The notes beneath the pieces are model-generated. The model saw only the letters and a program-made list of their open reading frames with translations. It searched no databases and was not told the DNA's origin. DNA of 64,000 nucleotides. Origin: Carcharhinus amblyrhynchos (lineage: Eukaryota). Where the stretch lies: the NCBI GenBank assembly GCA_965287045.1, contig OZ336872.1, forward strand, positions 12,772,001 to 12,836,000. Direction: 5' to 3'. The position numbers were made by a program, and so were the translations under genes. Positions 1 to 11,809 of the stretch are shown here, piece by piece (within the stretch, counting starts at the first letter, position 1; every line of letters starts with the position of its first letter).

Positions 1-385
1 TGACAAGGTTTTTCTCAGCTTTGCTATTTGCCCACACACAATATCACATTGATGTGGAGATAAGAACAACACGTTTGACTTTCAAATGAATTACACCCTG
101 CATGTGCCAGACCTATTTACTGTGTAATACAAATCTCTATTCCCTGCAAATAATAATTACCTTCACTTCGATAAATGCTAGCCTTGTGACTTGTCTCTGT
201 ACATGGTTTTGGGCAGGTGGCAGAGGTCAGTCTGTGCTTCTCACCCTCGCTAACCACCCCTCCAATCTCCACACCCAAATATGTTTCCATTCCAAAACCC
301 TCATGTGAGGTTATAAATGACACCGCAATCACCTGGATGTTCAAACCGCAACCTATTTACAGCACAGCAACAAGACATAATGTTT

Positions 386-678
386 AAAGTTTATTTATTA
401 GTGTCATAAGTAGGCTTACATTAACACCGCAATGAAGTTACCGTGAAAATCCCCCACTCGCCACACTCCGCCGCCTGTTCGGGTACACTGAGGGATAGCT
501 TAGCGTGGCCAAAGCATCTAACCAGCACATCTTTCAGGCTGTGGGAGAAAACCAGAGCACCCGGAGAAAACCCATGCAGACACAGGGAGTACATGCAAGC
601 TCCGCACAAACACTGGCCCAAACCAGGAACTGAACCTGGGACTCTGACGCTATCAGGCAATGTTCTGCCATTGGGCCA
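386..678 (-). mobile_element. tRNA-derived V-SINE (HE1-like), tail type B
   Basis: V-domain (GGGTTT.CTCCGGGTGCTCTGGTTT.CTCCCACAG) and 3' tail ...AACTTCATTGCGGTGTTAATGTAAGCCTACTT...AATAAATAAACTT. Confidence 0.85.
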
Positions 679-785
679 TTGGCTCAATATCAGTGTTTAT
701 ATTCCACATGAACCTCCTCCGAACCCTTTTTCATCTAAACCCCATCAACAGATCCTTCTATTCCTGCCTATCTTATCTAACCATG

Positions 786-1097
786 GGTGGCACGATGGCA
801 CAGTGGTTAGCACTGTTGCCTCACAGCGCCAGGAGCCCGGGTTCAATTCCCAGCTTGGGTCACTGTCTGTATAGATTTTGCACATTTTCCCAGTGTCTGC
901 ATGGGTTTCCTCTGGGTGCTCTGGTTTCCTCCCCCAAGGATGTGTGGGTTAGGTGGATTGGCCATGTTAAATTGCCCCTTGGTGATGGGAGGACTAGCTA
1001 GGGTAAATGTATAGGGTGATGGGGATAGGGTGGGATTGTGATTGGTACAGATTCAATGGGCCGAATGGCCTCTTTCTCTAACTGAAGGATTCAATGG
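786..1097 (+). mobile_element. V-SINE (HE1-like), tail type A (CR1/HER1-derived)
   Basis: tRNA head GGTGGCACGATGGCACAGTGGTTAGCAC with B-box GGTTCAATTCC, V-domain, and tail ATGGGCCGAATGGCCT. Confidence 0.85.
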
Positions 1098-1914
1098 AAC
1101 CTCCTCTTGAGTGCATCTATGCTACTTGCCCGCCCTACGACATGTTCCACATGCTCACGTCTCCACTGGTAAAGAAATTTCTCCTGAATTCCCCATTGGG
1201 TTTACAGCAAATATCTTACAGTCACGACCCTTAATTTTGGTCTCACTTGCAAAATGGAAACACCTTCCCTATGTCTCCCCTTTCAGACCCTTCCTCAGTC
1301 TTGAAGACTTCCAATCAGTTGTTTTTCAAACTGCCCCTTTTCATTCTTCCCTCTTAGTTCCGGTATCATTCGGAGTGAGTCTTTTTTTCTGCGCCATCTC
1401 CAGTGCCCCTGGTGTCGTTTGTACAGAGACCAGAGCTGTTCACAGTCCTCCGAGTGTGACCTAACCAAATTTAGTTCAGGAATCATCGCTACGTCCTCAA
1501 CATGTGACCGATTCCCAACCAGCTGCCATTTCCACCCTGACAATCGGCACAAAATACTTACCCCACCCCATCCTAGTTGCAGTCTTGCCAAGCTCAGAAC
1601 AAACAAGATAACAGCAGGTCAGTGAAGATCTCAGTTCGTGAATACACAGCGATACAGACCTGTTATTATTCAACTGGAACTCTTAATGTTTTCCAAACCA
1701 AAATAGTTACAGAGAAACCTGACAATATTTCTAAGCTGTTTTACTGATTTCCTCGCCCTTTCTGCTCAGTCTGTTAAATCCATTGTTTTTTACATTAATT
1801 TCCATGGGTTCATTATCCGGCTCAGTTGCTGCATTGCAGTTGAGCTGAGTTCACATACACACATTCACAGTATGCACACAGCATGTATACCCGCGTCAAC
1901 ACAAATGATGAACA

Positions 1915-2480
1915 TTACACCTTTATAGAACCTTAGTTAGGCCGCACTTGGAATACACTGTTCAATTCTGGTCACCACACTACCAAAAGGATGTGGAGGC
2001 TTTGGAGAGGGTACAGAAAAGATTTACCAAGATGTTACCTGGTATGGAGGGCTTTAGCTATGAGGAGAGGTTGGGGAAACTTGGTTTGTTCTCACTGGAA
2101 CGACGGACGCTGATAAAAGTCTACAAGATAATGACGGGCATGAACAGAGTGGATAATCAGAAGCTTTTTCCCAGGGTGGAAGAGTCAATTACTAGGGGCA
2201 CAGGTTTAAGGTGCGAGGGGCAAGGTTTAAAGGAGATGTACCGAGGCAAGTTCTTTATACGGAGGGTGGTGGGTGCCTGGAGCTTGCTGCCAGGGGAGGT
2301 AGTGGAAGCAGATACGGTAGTGAGTTTTAAGGGGCATCTGGACAAATACGTGAATAGGATGGGAATGGAGGGATATGGTCCCCAGAAGTGTAGGGGGTTT
2401 TAGTTCATTCGGGCAGCAAGGTCAGCGCAGGCTTGGAGGGTTGACGGGCCTGTTCCTGTGCTGTAATTTTCTTTATTCTT
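1915..2480 (+). mobile_element. CR1/HER1 LINE 3' fragment
   Basis: ORF 1948-2403 [32 protein letters not shown] is the CR1 ORF2 C-terminus; a typical 3'UTR follows. Confidence 0.9.
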
Positions 2481-2709
2481 TATTGAAATGTCCACGTTTA
2501 CCTACAGGATTGTTGACTGCATTTTCCTACATATCTCTTCCTGTCACGCTCCTAGAACATATCTTGTTGAAAGAGGCTAAGCTGTTTAATGTAACTGAAA
2601 TGTGCACAGAAGGGGAATGTAGAATGAAGAGCAGGCCATTCAGCCCATCTAGCTTGTTCCTGTGTTCACTAAGGGGCTGACCTGCACCCTTTCTTCAATA
2701 TGAGGGGCT

Positions 2710-2790
2710 ATCAGCGGGAATACTCAGGGAGCATCTGGGGGAGAGGCATAGAGTTACCTTTCAGGTTGGTGGCCTTTCATCAGAACAGAG
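2710..2790 (-). mobile_element. Penelope-like terminal-repeat relic with degenerate hammerhead core
   Basis: Minus strand TTCTGATGAAAGGCCACCAACCTGAAAGGTAACTC (CTGATGA...GAAA). Confidence 0.5.
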
Positions 2791-3134
2791 GAATTATTGA
2801 TTATTATTAATGATCACCGTTTCCTCATTTCCAATTGGTTTGGTCTAAACGCACAAACATATGAATCATGAGCAGGAATAGCACCTCGAACACACATTTC
2901 AACAAGATCATGGCTGCTCTGACTGTGGCCTCAACTCCATATTCCTGTTGACCTCCCCGATAACCTTTGATTCCCTTCCTAGTCAACAACCAATCCAACT
3001 CTACGTTCAAAACATTCAATGACCCTGCCCCCTGCTGCTCTCTGAACATCTTTTGGGGGGAGACAGTTCCCCATTTCCAACCCCCTTCTTGGGTGTTGGA
3101 AAACACAGTCTCACATCATCCACATTCCTGCCAA

Positions 3135-3422
3135 GATGTGCGGTGTGCTAAGCAGGTGTCCTGCGCGTGCGCTGAGCCAGTGCGCTGCGCGTGCGCTGAG
3201 CCAGTGTGCTATGTGACTGCTACACCGGTGTGCTGCATTGGTGCTGCGTGGATGTACTGCACTAGTGTGTTGTGTGGGTGTTGCGCCATTGTGTTGCATT
3301 GTTGGTGTGCTGCATAGCTGCTGCGTAGGTGCTACGTGGGTGTTCTGCACCAATGTGCTACGTGGCTGCTGCGCCAGTATGCTATGTGGGTGCGGCATGT
3401 GTGTACTGCACCACTGTGCTGC
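3135..3422. repeat. Degenerate GT/GC-rich minisatellite with a 24-bp tandem duplication
   Basis: Recurring GTGTGCTGC-like units; CTGCGCGTGCGCTGAGCCAGTG occurs twice at 3161-3206. Confidence 0.7.
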
Positions 3423-4348
3423 AGAATAAGTGTGAACAGCCAAACAGAAACATTTAAAGAGACTTCATATGAAACTGCCGTACACAACAATAAAAAGACA
3501 TTAGGCTGAAATAGCCGAGTTCTCAGTTTAATGTTATGCCCCCTAGTTCTGCTTAACATCAACTGCCCTCCTCCCCCCACCCATGCCGCCTCTATCTAAC
3601 CCTATTAACTAACTTAATTATCTTAAACTCTTAAATACTTAATGCTGAAGAATCCAGCTTTGGGCAGCTTGACATAAGCTTCATATCCTACATTAACAGC
3701 AAATCTTTCGTCACAGATCATAACAACGTAGATATTTACGGTAGAACAGACAGGTAGGGAGCTGACCCCAGTCTCACTGTATCCATCTCCAGCCTGACCA
3801 TGGCTCTGGGTCAGGTATCTTTACACATCACCGTGCGGACAGTCCTATACTCAGTCCCTTAACCCTTTATGTTCCAGACCCCACCTATTGCAAACACATC
3901 ACCCCTTAACCCTCAATACTCAAAACAATGCAAGTGTATTCTGTACAATCTGTCCTCATTATTTAACCCTTTAGCCCTCATTTTATTCCAGTTGATCTGT
4001 GCTGCAGCCTTTCCAAGGCCAATTCATCCTCCACTTTTTTGTATCTCAACCCCCTTGCAATAAAGGCCAGCATTCCAAAGCATTCTAATTATCTTCTGTC
4101 TCTTATGAGACTAACAAACCCTGACCTGTAGAATTATTGAATAATGTAGCATCATAATTGGATATTTCTGTCTGACAGATACACTAATTCAATGTTATTC
4201 GTTACATCAAAAATTATAAATATCACCAAACAAAACTGAGTTGAGCACACTACAATCCAACACTGATTTCCTTTGGTACCAGTTCCTCTCTACGTTTGAG
4301 CATGCATCTTTCCACCTCTCTAGTTCTCGCTCTCTTCCTTTGTAGTTT

Positions 4349-4371
4349 TCTCTCTCTCTCTCTCTCTCTCT
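4349..4371. repeat. (CT)n microsatellite
   Basis: Uninterrupted tc dinucleotide run. Confidence 0.9.
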
Positions 4372-4401
4372 GTTTCTGCCTCCACATTTGCCCGCCCATT
4401 T

Positions 4402-5106
4402 CACAGTGGCACAGTGGTTAGCACTGCTGCCTCATAGTGCCCGGGACATGGGTTCAATTCCCAGTTTGGAGGGCATTAGCTATGAGGAGAGGTCGGAGAA
4501 ATTTGGTTTGTTCTCACTGGAACGATGGAGCTTGAAGGGGCGACCTGATAGAATTTGACAATATTATGAGAGGCATGGACAGAGTGGATAGTCAGAAGCT
4601 TTTTCCCAGGGTGGAAGTGTCAATTACGAGGGGGCACAGGTTTAAGGTGCGAGGGGCAAGATTTAAAGGAGACGTACGAGGCATGGTTTTTACACAGAAC
4701 TTGGTGAGTGCCTGGAACTCACTGCCAGGGGAGGTAGTGGAAGCAGATACGATAGTGAGTTTTAAGGAGTGTCTGGACAAATACATGAATAGGATGGGAA
4801 TAGAGGGGTATGGTCCCTGGCAGGGAGGGGGCTTTAGTTCAGTTGGACAGCATAGTTGGTGCAGGTTTGGAGGGCTGAAGGGCCTGATCCTGCGCTGTAA
4901 TTTTCTTTGTTCTTTTTTTCTTGGGTGGCTGTGCAGAGTTTGCACATTCTCCCCATGTCTGCTTGCGTTTCCTCCAGGGGCTTCGGTTTCCTCCCGCAGT
5001 CCGAAAAATTTGCTGGTTAGGTACTTTGGCCACGCTAAATTCTCCCACAGTGTACCCATTCATTGCAGTATTAATGGAAGCCTACTTGTCACTAATAACT
5101 AAACTT
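4402..5106 (+). mobile_element. V-SINE (tail B) split by a nested CR1 3' fragment (about 4467-4912)
   Basis: SINE head at 4402-4466; CR1 text (MRGMDRVDSQKLFPRVE) to about 4912; SINE V-domain and tail resume at 4921. Confidence 0.85.
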
Positions 5107-6221
5107 TGAAACATTTCTCAACCTGCCTCCTGCCATATATCACTCACTGACTTTCGATATTACCTCCATCTCCAACTCTGTTGAGTTCTGGGAGAGAGGG
5201 AGAGGGGGGAGGAGGAACATTCTGTGTACTGAAGATGATAATTAAAACTTCCCCTCAAGTCAGTGGCAAAACAGACTCATTTTGCCTCTCCACCATCACA
5301 AGCCAGATTTATCCAAATATTTGTTTCAACAATGTGAGAGACAGTAAAACACATACTGCCACTGAAACTAATCCCAAATACTTTGCTGTACATCAACTAT
5401 TGGCTATCCAAATCACCCTCAACGATGAATCAAATATTTCTTAGGCAAGAATTCTTTATCACTTTTGACAAATCTTAATTCATATGGATTCCTTTTCCTT
5501 CCCCACTCATCCCCACCCAGATGGGCACTGCTCAGCCGTGTCCCCAACCACACAGGAACTTCAATGCCCCCCGCCTGCCTTTGTATGGCCACTTGCACCT
5601 GGGCTCAGCTGCTGGAGACCAGTAGTGATTTTCGCCAGGTTCGCCCCGGGGGCTGGGAGAATCCGGCATCAAGTGGCCTAAACATATTTAAATGCTATTT
5701 AAGTATGCTAATCGGCCTTATGTCCTTTCTGAGCGAGATCCGTTTTGGCCAGTAGCAATCGGGATGATTGCAAACAGCTTGGCGTCAGGCACAAAGCCAG
5801 TTTTAGGCCTACGTGCAATTTTCCAGGGTCGGTACAATCTGTGCCAGGCACGGCAAGGCTGGAAATTCGCCTCCATCACCTCCATCAAGCCCTGTGCGTT
5901 TCCTTTAACATCTGAAGGCTCCAAACAAATAACCACAAGACCCGCTAAATTCGTGGGAATAAATCCTTAATTTATGCCATCTCTTGTCATGATTTAACCT
6001 TTGGATTCCAGGTAATGCTGTGGTAAAGGCACCTTACACTCCCTCCGATACCAATATACATGTTGGATTAAGATAGGGAGAAATCAGATTGGAGGCAGAC
6101 AGGATCAGGGTGGATCAGACAGACATTCTCCATTGATGTTTACTCTGCTGCTAATAGAAATCAATTGATAGAAATCAATCCATTTAATAATTAATAGCAT
6201 TTCTAGTTAATAGAAATCAAT

Positions 6222-6575
6222 AGATGGGGTAGAGGTAGAAAGACTCTTCCCGCTTAGAAAGGATAGCAGGACTAGAGGGCACAGCCTCAAGATAAGGGGG
6301 AGCAGTTTAGATCGGAGTTGAGGAGGGACTTCTTCACTCAAAGGGTGGTGAATCTCTGGAATTCTCTGCCCGTTGAAGTGGTGGAGGCTGCCTCGCTCAA
6401 TATATTTAAGTCACAGGTAGATGGGTTTCTGATAGGCAGGGGAATTAAGGGTTAGGGGGAGAAAGCAGGAAAGTGGAACTGATCCACTTCAGATCAGCCA
6501 TGATCTTATTGAATGGCGGGGCAGGCTCGAAGGGCTAGATGGCCTACTCCTGCTCCTATTTCTTATGTTCTTATG
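6222..6575 (+). mobile_element. CR1 LINE 3' end, young subfamily with (TTCTTATG)n tail
   Basis: Closely similar to the 3' end of the 57580-59988 element. Confidence 0.9.
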
Positions 6576-6788
6576 AAACCCTTACTTACAAACACATCCA
6601 TCTCATAAAGCGCAGGGGTACGTGGAAGAGAGCATGTGTGTGTGTGTGTCATAAAGATCATGTGAGGTACATTTAAAAAACATTCTGGACATGCAGCTCA
6701 GACTGGTGGATATCAGACTAAGGAAGGTAATGAAGTCATCACGATGTTGAAAACTCAATAACACTGTGTCGCTATCCACCCTTTCCAG

Positions 6789-6979
6789 GAAACAACTCAA
6801 TGGAGGATGCCGGAGCATACATTAAGGCCCAATTCCTAGAATTGAACATGAGACGAGACGTGAAGGAGATTTACTCGCACATGACCTGTGCTACAGACAC
6901 AGAGAACGTCAAGTTTGTGTTCGACGCAGTGACAGACATCATCATCAAAGAGAACTTGAAAGACTGCGGTCTGTTCTAA
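6789..6979 (+). CDS. GNAT1: Transducin alpha subunit, last coding exon (exon 8); most likely rod transducin GNAT1
   Basis: Acceptor ctttccAG ends at 6788. The 191-nt coding segment reads (G)[73 protein letters not shown] is the transducin C-terminus. [10 protein letters not shown] and linkage to GNAI2 favour GNAT1 over GNAT2/GNAT3. No upstream exons were found in the window. Confidence 0.9.
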
Positions 6980-7000
6980 ACCTACTCCAGCTCTCCCAAG
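6980..7000 (+). other. GNAT1: 3'UTR part of GNAT1 exon 8, ending at a splice donor
   Basis: AAG|GTATGG donor at 7000/7001, 21 nt after the TAA. Confidence 0.7.
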
Positions 7001-8252
7001 GTATGGTCCGCATCGGAACTAGAGAGAAAGCAGGTCAGAGTAATGAGGGCAACTGGAACAGCGCAGTTCTAAACTCCCAGAATAAAAATATAGCTTGAGG
7101 TTGTTTCATCACATTAGAAATCTAATTTCCCTTACCTCCCACATTTCAGTCCCAGTTTTACCCAACTAGTTCCCAAGTCTTTTTGGGCTAGGCCGCAGTG
7201 TTGTTATAGCCATTCCCACCCCGTCCACCCCCGCGCCCCCCAAATATATAAGGAGAACTACCTCCAAAACTCAAACCATCCTCCTCACCCTCGTCCCTTC
7301 TGTCTTTCTCACCCTGACTTTGTTTGTATAACACCTACAGTCCCTCCATTACGGGTGTTGTTGCACAGGAATGTCTAGGGAAATGGCGAGGGAGTCAACA
7401 GATTAAGTAATTTTGGCAGGAATTTGCTGATCAGGATTTGGGCACAGGACAGGGTATAGAATCCCCAAAGTGCAGGGAGACCATTCACACCAAAATACCC
7501 AAGATAACAAACATGCTGTGGAGTGGGGAATTGAAGTGGTAACTCACCATTCTTCACTACTGCTTATCTAAAACCACCTTTATCAATACCCCTCCTTCAT
7601 TCCAAAATTTGTTACCTCCAACTCAACATTGATGCCTCCAATGCTGTCTTGGTGGACTTCTCACTGTTAATAGGATCTAAGCTGATTGATAAAGTGGAAA
7701 CCAAAATACAAGAGAGTGTCTCCACAGAGAGTTTATGGACTTGTTCAGTCTCTCAGCTTTCCTCCCACACAGCCCAATGTTATCTCCCATTTATCTGCGC
7801 GTTCAAAGACCCATCACCAGTTTCTCTTAACCGGAACAATGTAATGGATATTAACAAACCTTAATGTAAATTGACAAGACATTAGCTTCCAAATCATCTG
7901 TTTTCAGTTTTAAATTATCCTTTAGTTCAAATCCCTCCATAAACTCACCCACTCCACTCTCTGTAATCTCCTTCAGCTTGACAACCTTTCAAAATCTCTG
8001 CACTCCACCAAGCCAGCTCTCTGATGGGTCCACAATTGTCATCACTCATGGCAGTTGCCCATGTCTTCAGATGCCCCCAATCTTTGGAACTCACTCCCTA
8101 ACTCTTCCAGCTCTCATTCCTCCTTTGAAATGTTCCTCAAAGCCTAGATTTTTGACGAATCTTTTGATCACTGTTCTACCACCTCACGTGGCTTGCTTTT
8201 AAACTTTATTTGATAACACTCCTTTGGAATGCTTTGGGATGCAAAAGCTATT

Positions 8253-8523
8253 AAGATGCGAGGGGCATGGTTTAAAGGAGATGTAAGAGGCAAGTTTTTG
8301 ATGCAGAGGGTGCTGGGTGCCTGGAACCCACTGCTGGGGAAGTAGTGGAAGCAGATATGATAGTGAATTTTAAGGGAGCGTCTTGACAAATACGTGAATA
8401 GGATGGGAATGGAGGGATACGGTCCCCAGGAAGGGTAGGGGGTTTTAGTTCAGTCAGGCAGCATGGTGGGTGCAGGCTAGAGGGCCGAAGGGCCTGTTCC
8501 TGCGCTGTAATTTTTTTTGTTCT
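8253..8523 (+). mobile_element. CR1/HER1 3' end in the GNAT1 3'UTR intron
   Basis: Same subfamily as 2210-2480 and 4645-4912. Confidence 0.85.
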
Positions 8524-8690
8524 ACGTTCATAAATGCAAGTTGTCGCAATCTGCAATAACTTAGTATTACATTAAAGCTGATCTATGCGCCCCACGAGTC
8601 ATCAAGATAGCTCCCTCATCTCATTGTCAAGGGCAGCGATTATAAATTTGCATTATTATCTTGTATTGTCTTTTTTGTCTTTTATCTCAG

Positions 8691-9150
8691 GAGTTCGATA
8701 CTACTGAAATAAAAACTACCCATGAAATTCATCCGACTACAAATGAATCCAGAGAGGTCCTGATTCTACGTCTGCTGAAGATGTTTCCATTCTGCTTGCT
8801 GTCATTGGCTGCGATTAAGAATGCACGCAGTAGCCGTTCTGTGAAAATGACTACCCTACTTTCCTGTAAAGACTAGACCAAGCCAGTTATGATTATGCTC
8901 CTGAAGAAAAGCTGTACTCTGAACCAAAATTGCTTTCCTACAATAACACTGATACAATGTCGCCCATCAACTAAACATTGGTGATAATTGAATTGGAAAA
9001 TTGTCTGTGTCTCCTTTGCACTCCACAATTGTTTGCAGTGGGTGCAAATTTACACAGTAGCAATGTTTCCCTGTGTATTAACACTAGCAAACTAGGGATA
9101 TGTAGTGGGAGCTCGTCTACAAAATAAACAACTCAATTTAGCTGATGTTT
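8691..9150 (+). other. GNAT1: Probable non-coding terminal exon (3'UTR) of GNAT1; 3' end uncertain
   Basis: Strong polypyrimidine tract tgtcttttttgtcttttatctcAG ending at 8690, followed by unique sequence. AATAAA at 8708, 9123 and 9859. Confidence 0.55.
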
Positions 9151-9334
9151 ATAGAGGCCATTAAACCTATATGAATGCAATACAATAGGTACACCTCAAT
9201 TCATTCTGTAGTGAGCACAAAAAGGCTGTAAGAGCACTTGTAGAAAGGACACTGTTCAGTGAATACAGTGAACTGTGAATAGACGGAGGTACCATCTCTA
9301 AATGATGTACAACTTACAATTAATATTGCGATAA

Positions 9335-9535
9335 AAGCAAACTACTGCGGATGCTGGATTCTGAAACAGAAACAGGAAATGCTGGAAAATCTCAGCAGGT
9401 CTGACAGCTGCAGTGGGGGGTTGGAATAGAACAAATGTTTCGAGTCTGGATGACCCTTCCCCGACTCGAAACGCTGGCTCCATTCTCTCTCCACAGATGC
9501 CGTCAGATCTGCTGAGATTTTCCAGCACTTTTCTC
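9335..9535. mobile_element. Penelope-like inverted-repeat relic
   Basis: Arms AAATGCTGGAAAATCTCAGCAGGTCTGACAGC and GCCGTCAGATCTGCTGAGATTTTCCAGCAC; central TTTCGAGTC...GACTCGAAA. Confidence 0.65.
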
Positions 9536-9977
9536 ATTCATATTGCAGTGCGTCGAGCTACCTGCAGAGGGAGAACCCACAGGAAAGGACCAGCCCCGTA
9601 AGCAGTGACCTGCCGGGGAAGCTCTACAGAACATAAAGCAGCTCATTTTGTGACACGATCAGCTCTAGAGAGTAGTTTATGTGTTGAGGTCCTTTCAGAA
9701 GCTTCCCATCGAAAGTCCACGCTGTAGTGAGCTATGAAACCTATAGAGGGTGCTCTTGCAAGAAATTAAACAGCTCAATCATCGACCATGGAGTAGTTTG
9801 GGGTAAAATGGCTGCCAGATGAGTGTTGAAAAAGATTCTCCCACTTTTGTGTCAACTCAATAAAAGAACAGCCAAAAAAAAAACAACCTCAATACCTGTG
9901 GAATACTCATTCAATCTGTCAACTCACAGCTGCTTTTAGGCAGCTTCTGAGGCATTACAAACAAGGGTCGTTTTGTA

Positions 9978-10248
9978 AGTTTATAAGTTTAATTATTGGT
10001 GTCACGAGCACGCTTATATTAACACTGCAATGAAGTTACTGTGAAAATCCCATAGCCGCCACACTCCGCCTGCTCTGAGAGAGAATTTAGCATGGCCAAT
10101 GCACCCTAACCAGCACGTCTTTTGGAGTGTGGGAGGAAACCCACACAGACATGGGGAGAACATGCAGACTCCGCACAGTCAACAAAGCAGGGAATCGAAC
10201 GCGGGTTCTTGGCGCTATGACACTGCAGTGCTAACCACCATGCCACCC
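9978..10248 (-). mobile_element. V-SINE, tail B
   Basis: Tail, V-domain and tRNA head on the minus strand. Confidence 0.8.
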
Positions 10249-10324
10249 TAAGAATATCCTTGTGTACTTACTTGAAGAGAAATGTCAAAAAACACTTGCC
10301 TGACTGTGAGAAACATACCTCTTT

Positions 10325-10597
10325 AAAACTTATTTATTAGTCACAAGTAAGGCTTACATTAACACTGCAATGAAGTTACCGTGAAACTCCCCGAGTCGCC
10401 ACACTCCGGTGCCTGTTCAGGTCAATGTACCTAACCAGCACGTCTTTCAGACTGTGGGAGGAAACTGGAGCACTCAGAGGAAACCCATGCAGACACGGGG
10501 AGAATGTGCAGACTCTGCACAGACAGTGATCCAAGCCAGGAATCGAACCCAGATCCCCAGTGCTGTGAGGCAGCAGTCTCAACCATTGTGCCACCCT
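10325..10597 (-). mobile_element. V-SINE, tail B
   Basis: Same architecture as 9978-10248, in tandem with it. Confidence 0.8.
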
Positions 10598-11419
10598 GTG
10601 TTTAATTTTAACATCTCCAATTACACACAATGGATTTTAGCTCCTATTTTAATCACTGTATTAAAATGTAAATCATTCAATCCAGGGACCAGTTTTAACT
10701 CCATTTAACTGACCAAGCAATGTGGTGGTTATTGTGGGTTATTTCCTATAAATGAGGGGGGAAGGATCTTTAAATACATTGGGGGTGGGGTGGGGTGGGG
10801 GATGGGGGAACGGAATCATTCCTTGCAGAATCCTCTGTTTGTATGGTCTCGCTTTTCAGAGGAATTCATCTGGAGTCGAACACACTGTTCCGATTGCTCC
10901 TTGGAAAGGAAGTGAGTTTCTTCCGAGCATGACTAAAACAGGATGCTCAAAACCAGGGGTGGGAGGATTATGTTTAAATACACACATGCCATATTTGCTG
11001 AGGAGGATGACTGAATATTACCATAGACATTTCAAATATACTGCTCATGACAAAATGATGTGCACGCTTTCATCCTGGATGTGTGCTGTACTCAGCAGAT
11101 AAAATAACTATTCACCCATGCAGAGTCCTAAAGGTCCTGTGGCCATGGGGGTGGGGGGGGGGGTCAGGCCTTTAATGCTTTAAACCGATCATCGTTTCAC
11201 TTAACCGCGCTATCGAAATGTGTGAGCCAGGGATTGGATGCTTGGAAAATGCAGATACTTCATACAATTCAAATTCTTAAAAATCAAAGTATCCGAGAAC
11301 CATGTAACTTAGAAGGAGGCCATTTGACCCATCAAGACTCTGCCAGCCCATTGAAAGATCGATCTCCAATTAGTCCTACTCTCCTGCCCTCTCTCCACTG
11401 ACAGGTATTTGTTTATGTA

Positions 11420-11575
11420 GATAAACGCAAAATACCGCGGATGCCAGAATCTGAAACAAAATGTCATTTTGATGAAAGGGCTGACGAAGGATCATCCAGA
11501 CTCGAAATGTTGGCTCTACTCTCTCCACAGAGGCTGTCAGACCTGCTGAGATTTTCCAGCATTTTTCTGTTTTTG
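11420..11575 (+). mobile_element. Penelope-like relic with degenerate hammerhead core
   Basis: CTGACGAAGGATCATCCAGACTCGAAATGTT at 11481-11511, followed by the same arm as 9470-9535. Confidence 0.6.
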
Positions 11576-11809
11576 TATTTGTTCATTTCCTTTTGTTACA
11601 AGTGGAACAATCAAGTCACATCCATAATTTTGTTTCTGAGAAATTAATATAAAAGGCCGAGAAGCCATCAAAGTTAAGAGACTCAAAAATACTCGACTAA
11701 GTCATCATCAGCTGATATAAAACACTGGTTTTAAAGGACTCAAGATTCAGGAGTGGTGAAAGATTGAGTGAAGCGGAGAGCGTTATAGGTGAGGTTAGGT
11801 CTGGTTGGC

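Noticed and set aside
786-860. tRNA genes at GGCACAGTGGTTAGCAC...GGTTCAATTCC motifs
   Set aside because: These are tRNA-derived SINE heads continuing into the V-domain; no complete cloverleaf.
2967-3443. Cys-rich ORFs resembling metallothionein or keratin-associated proteins
   Set aside because: These are translations of a TG/GC-rich low-complexity repeat, with no splice or family support.
1-6788. GNAT1 exon 7 (NRMHESLHLFNSICN...)
   Set aside because: No matching coding sequence was found by eye; it is presumably upstream of the window.
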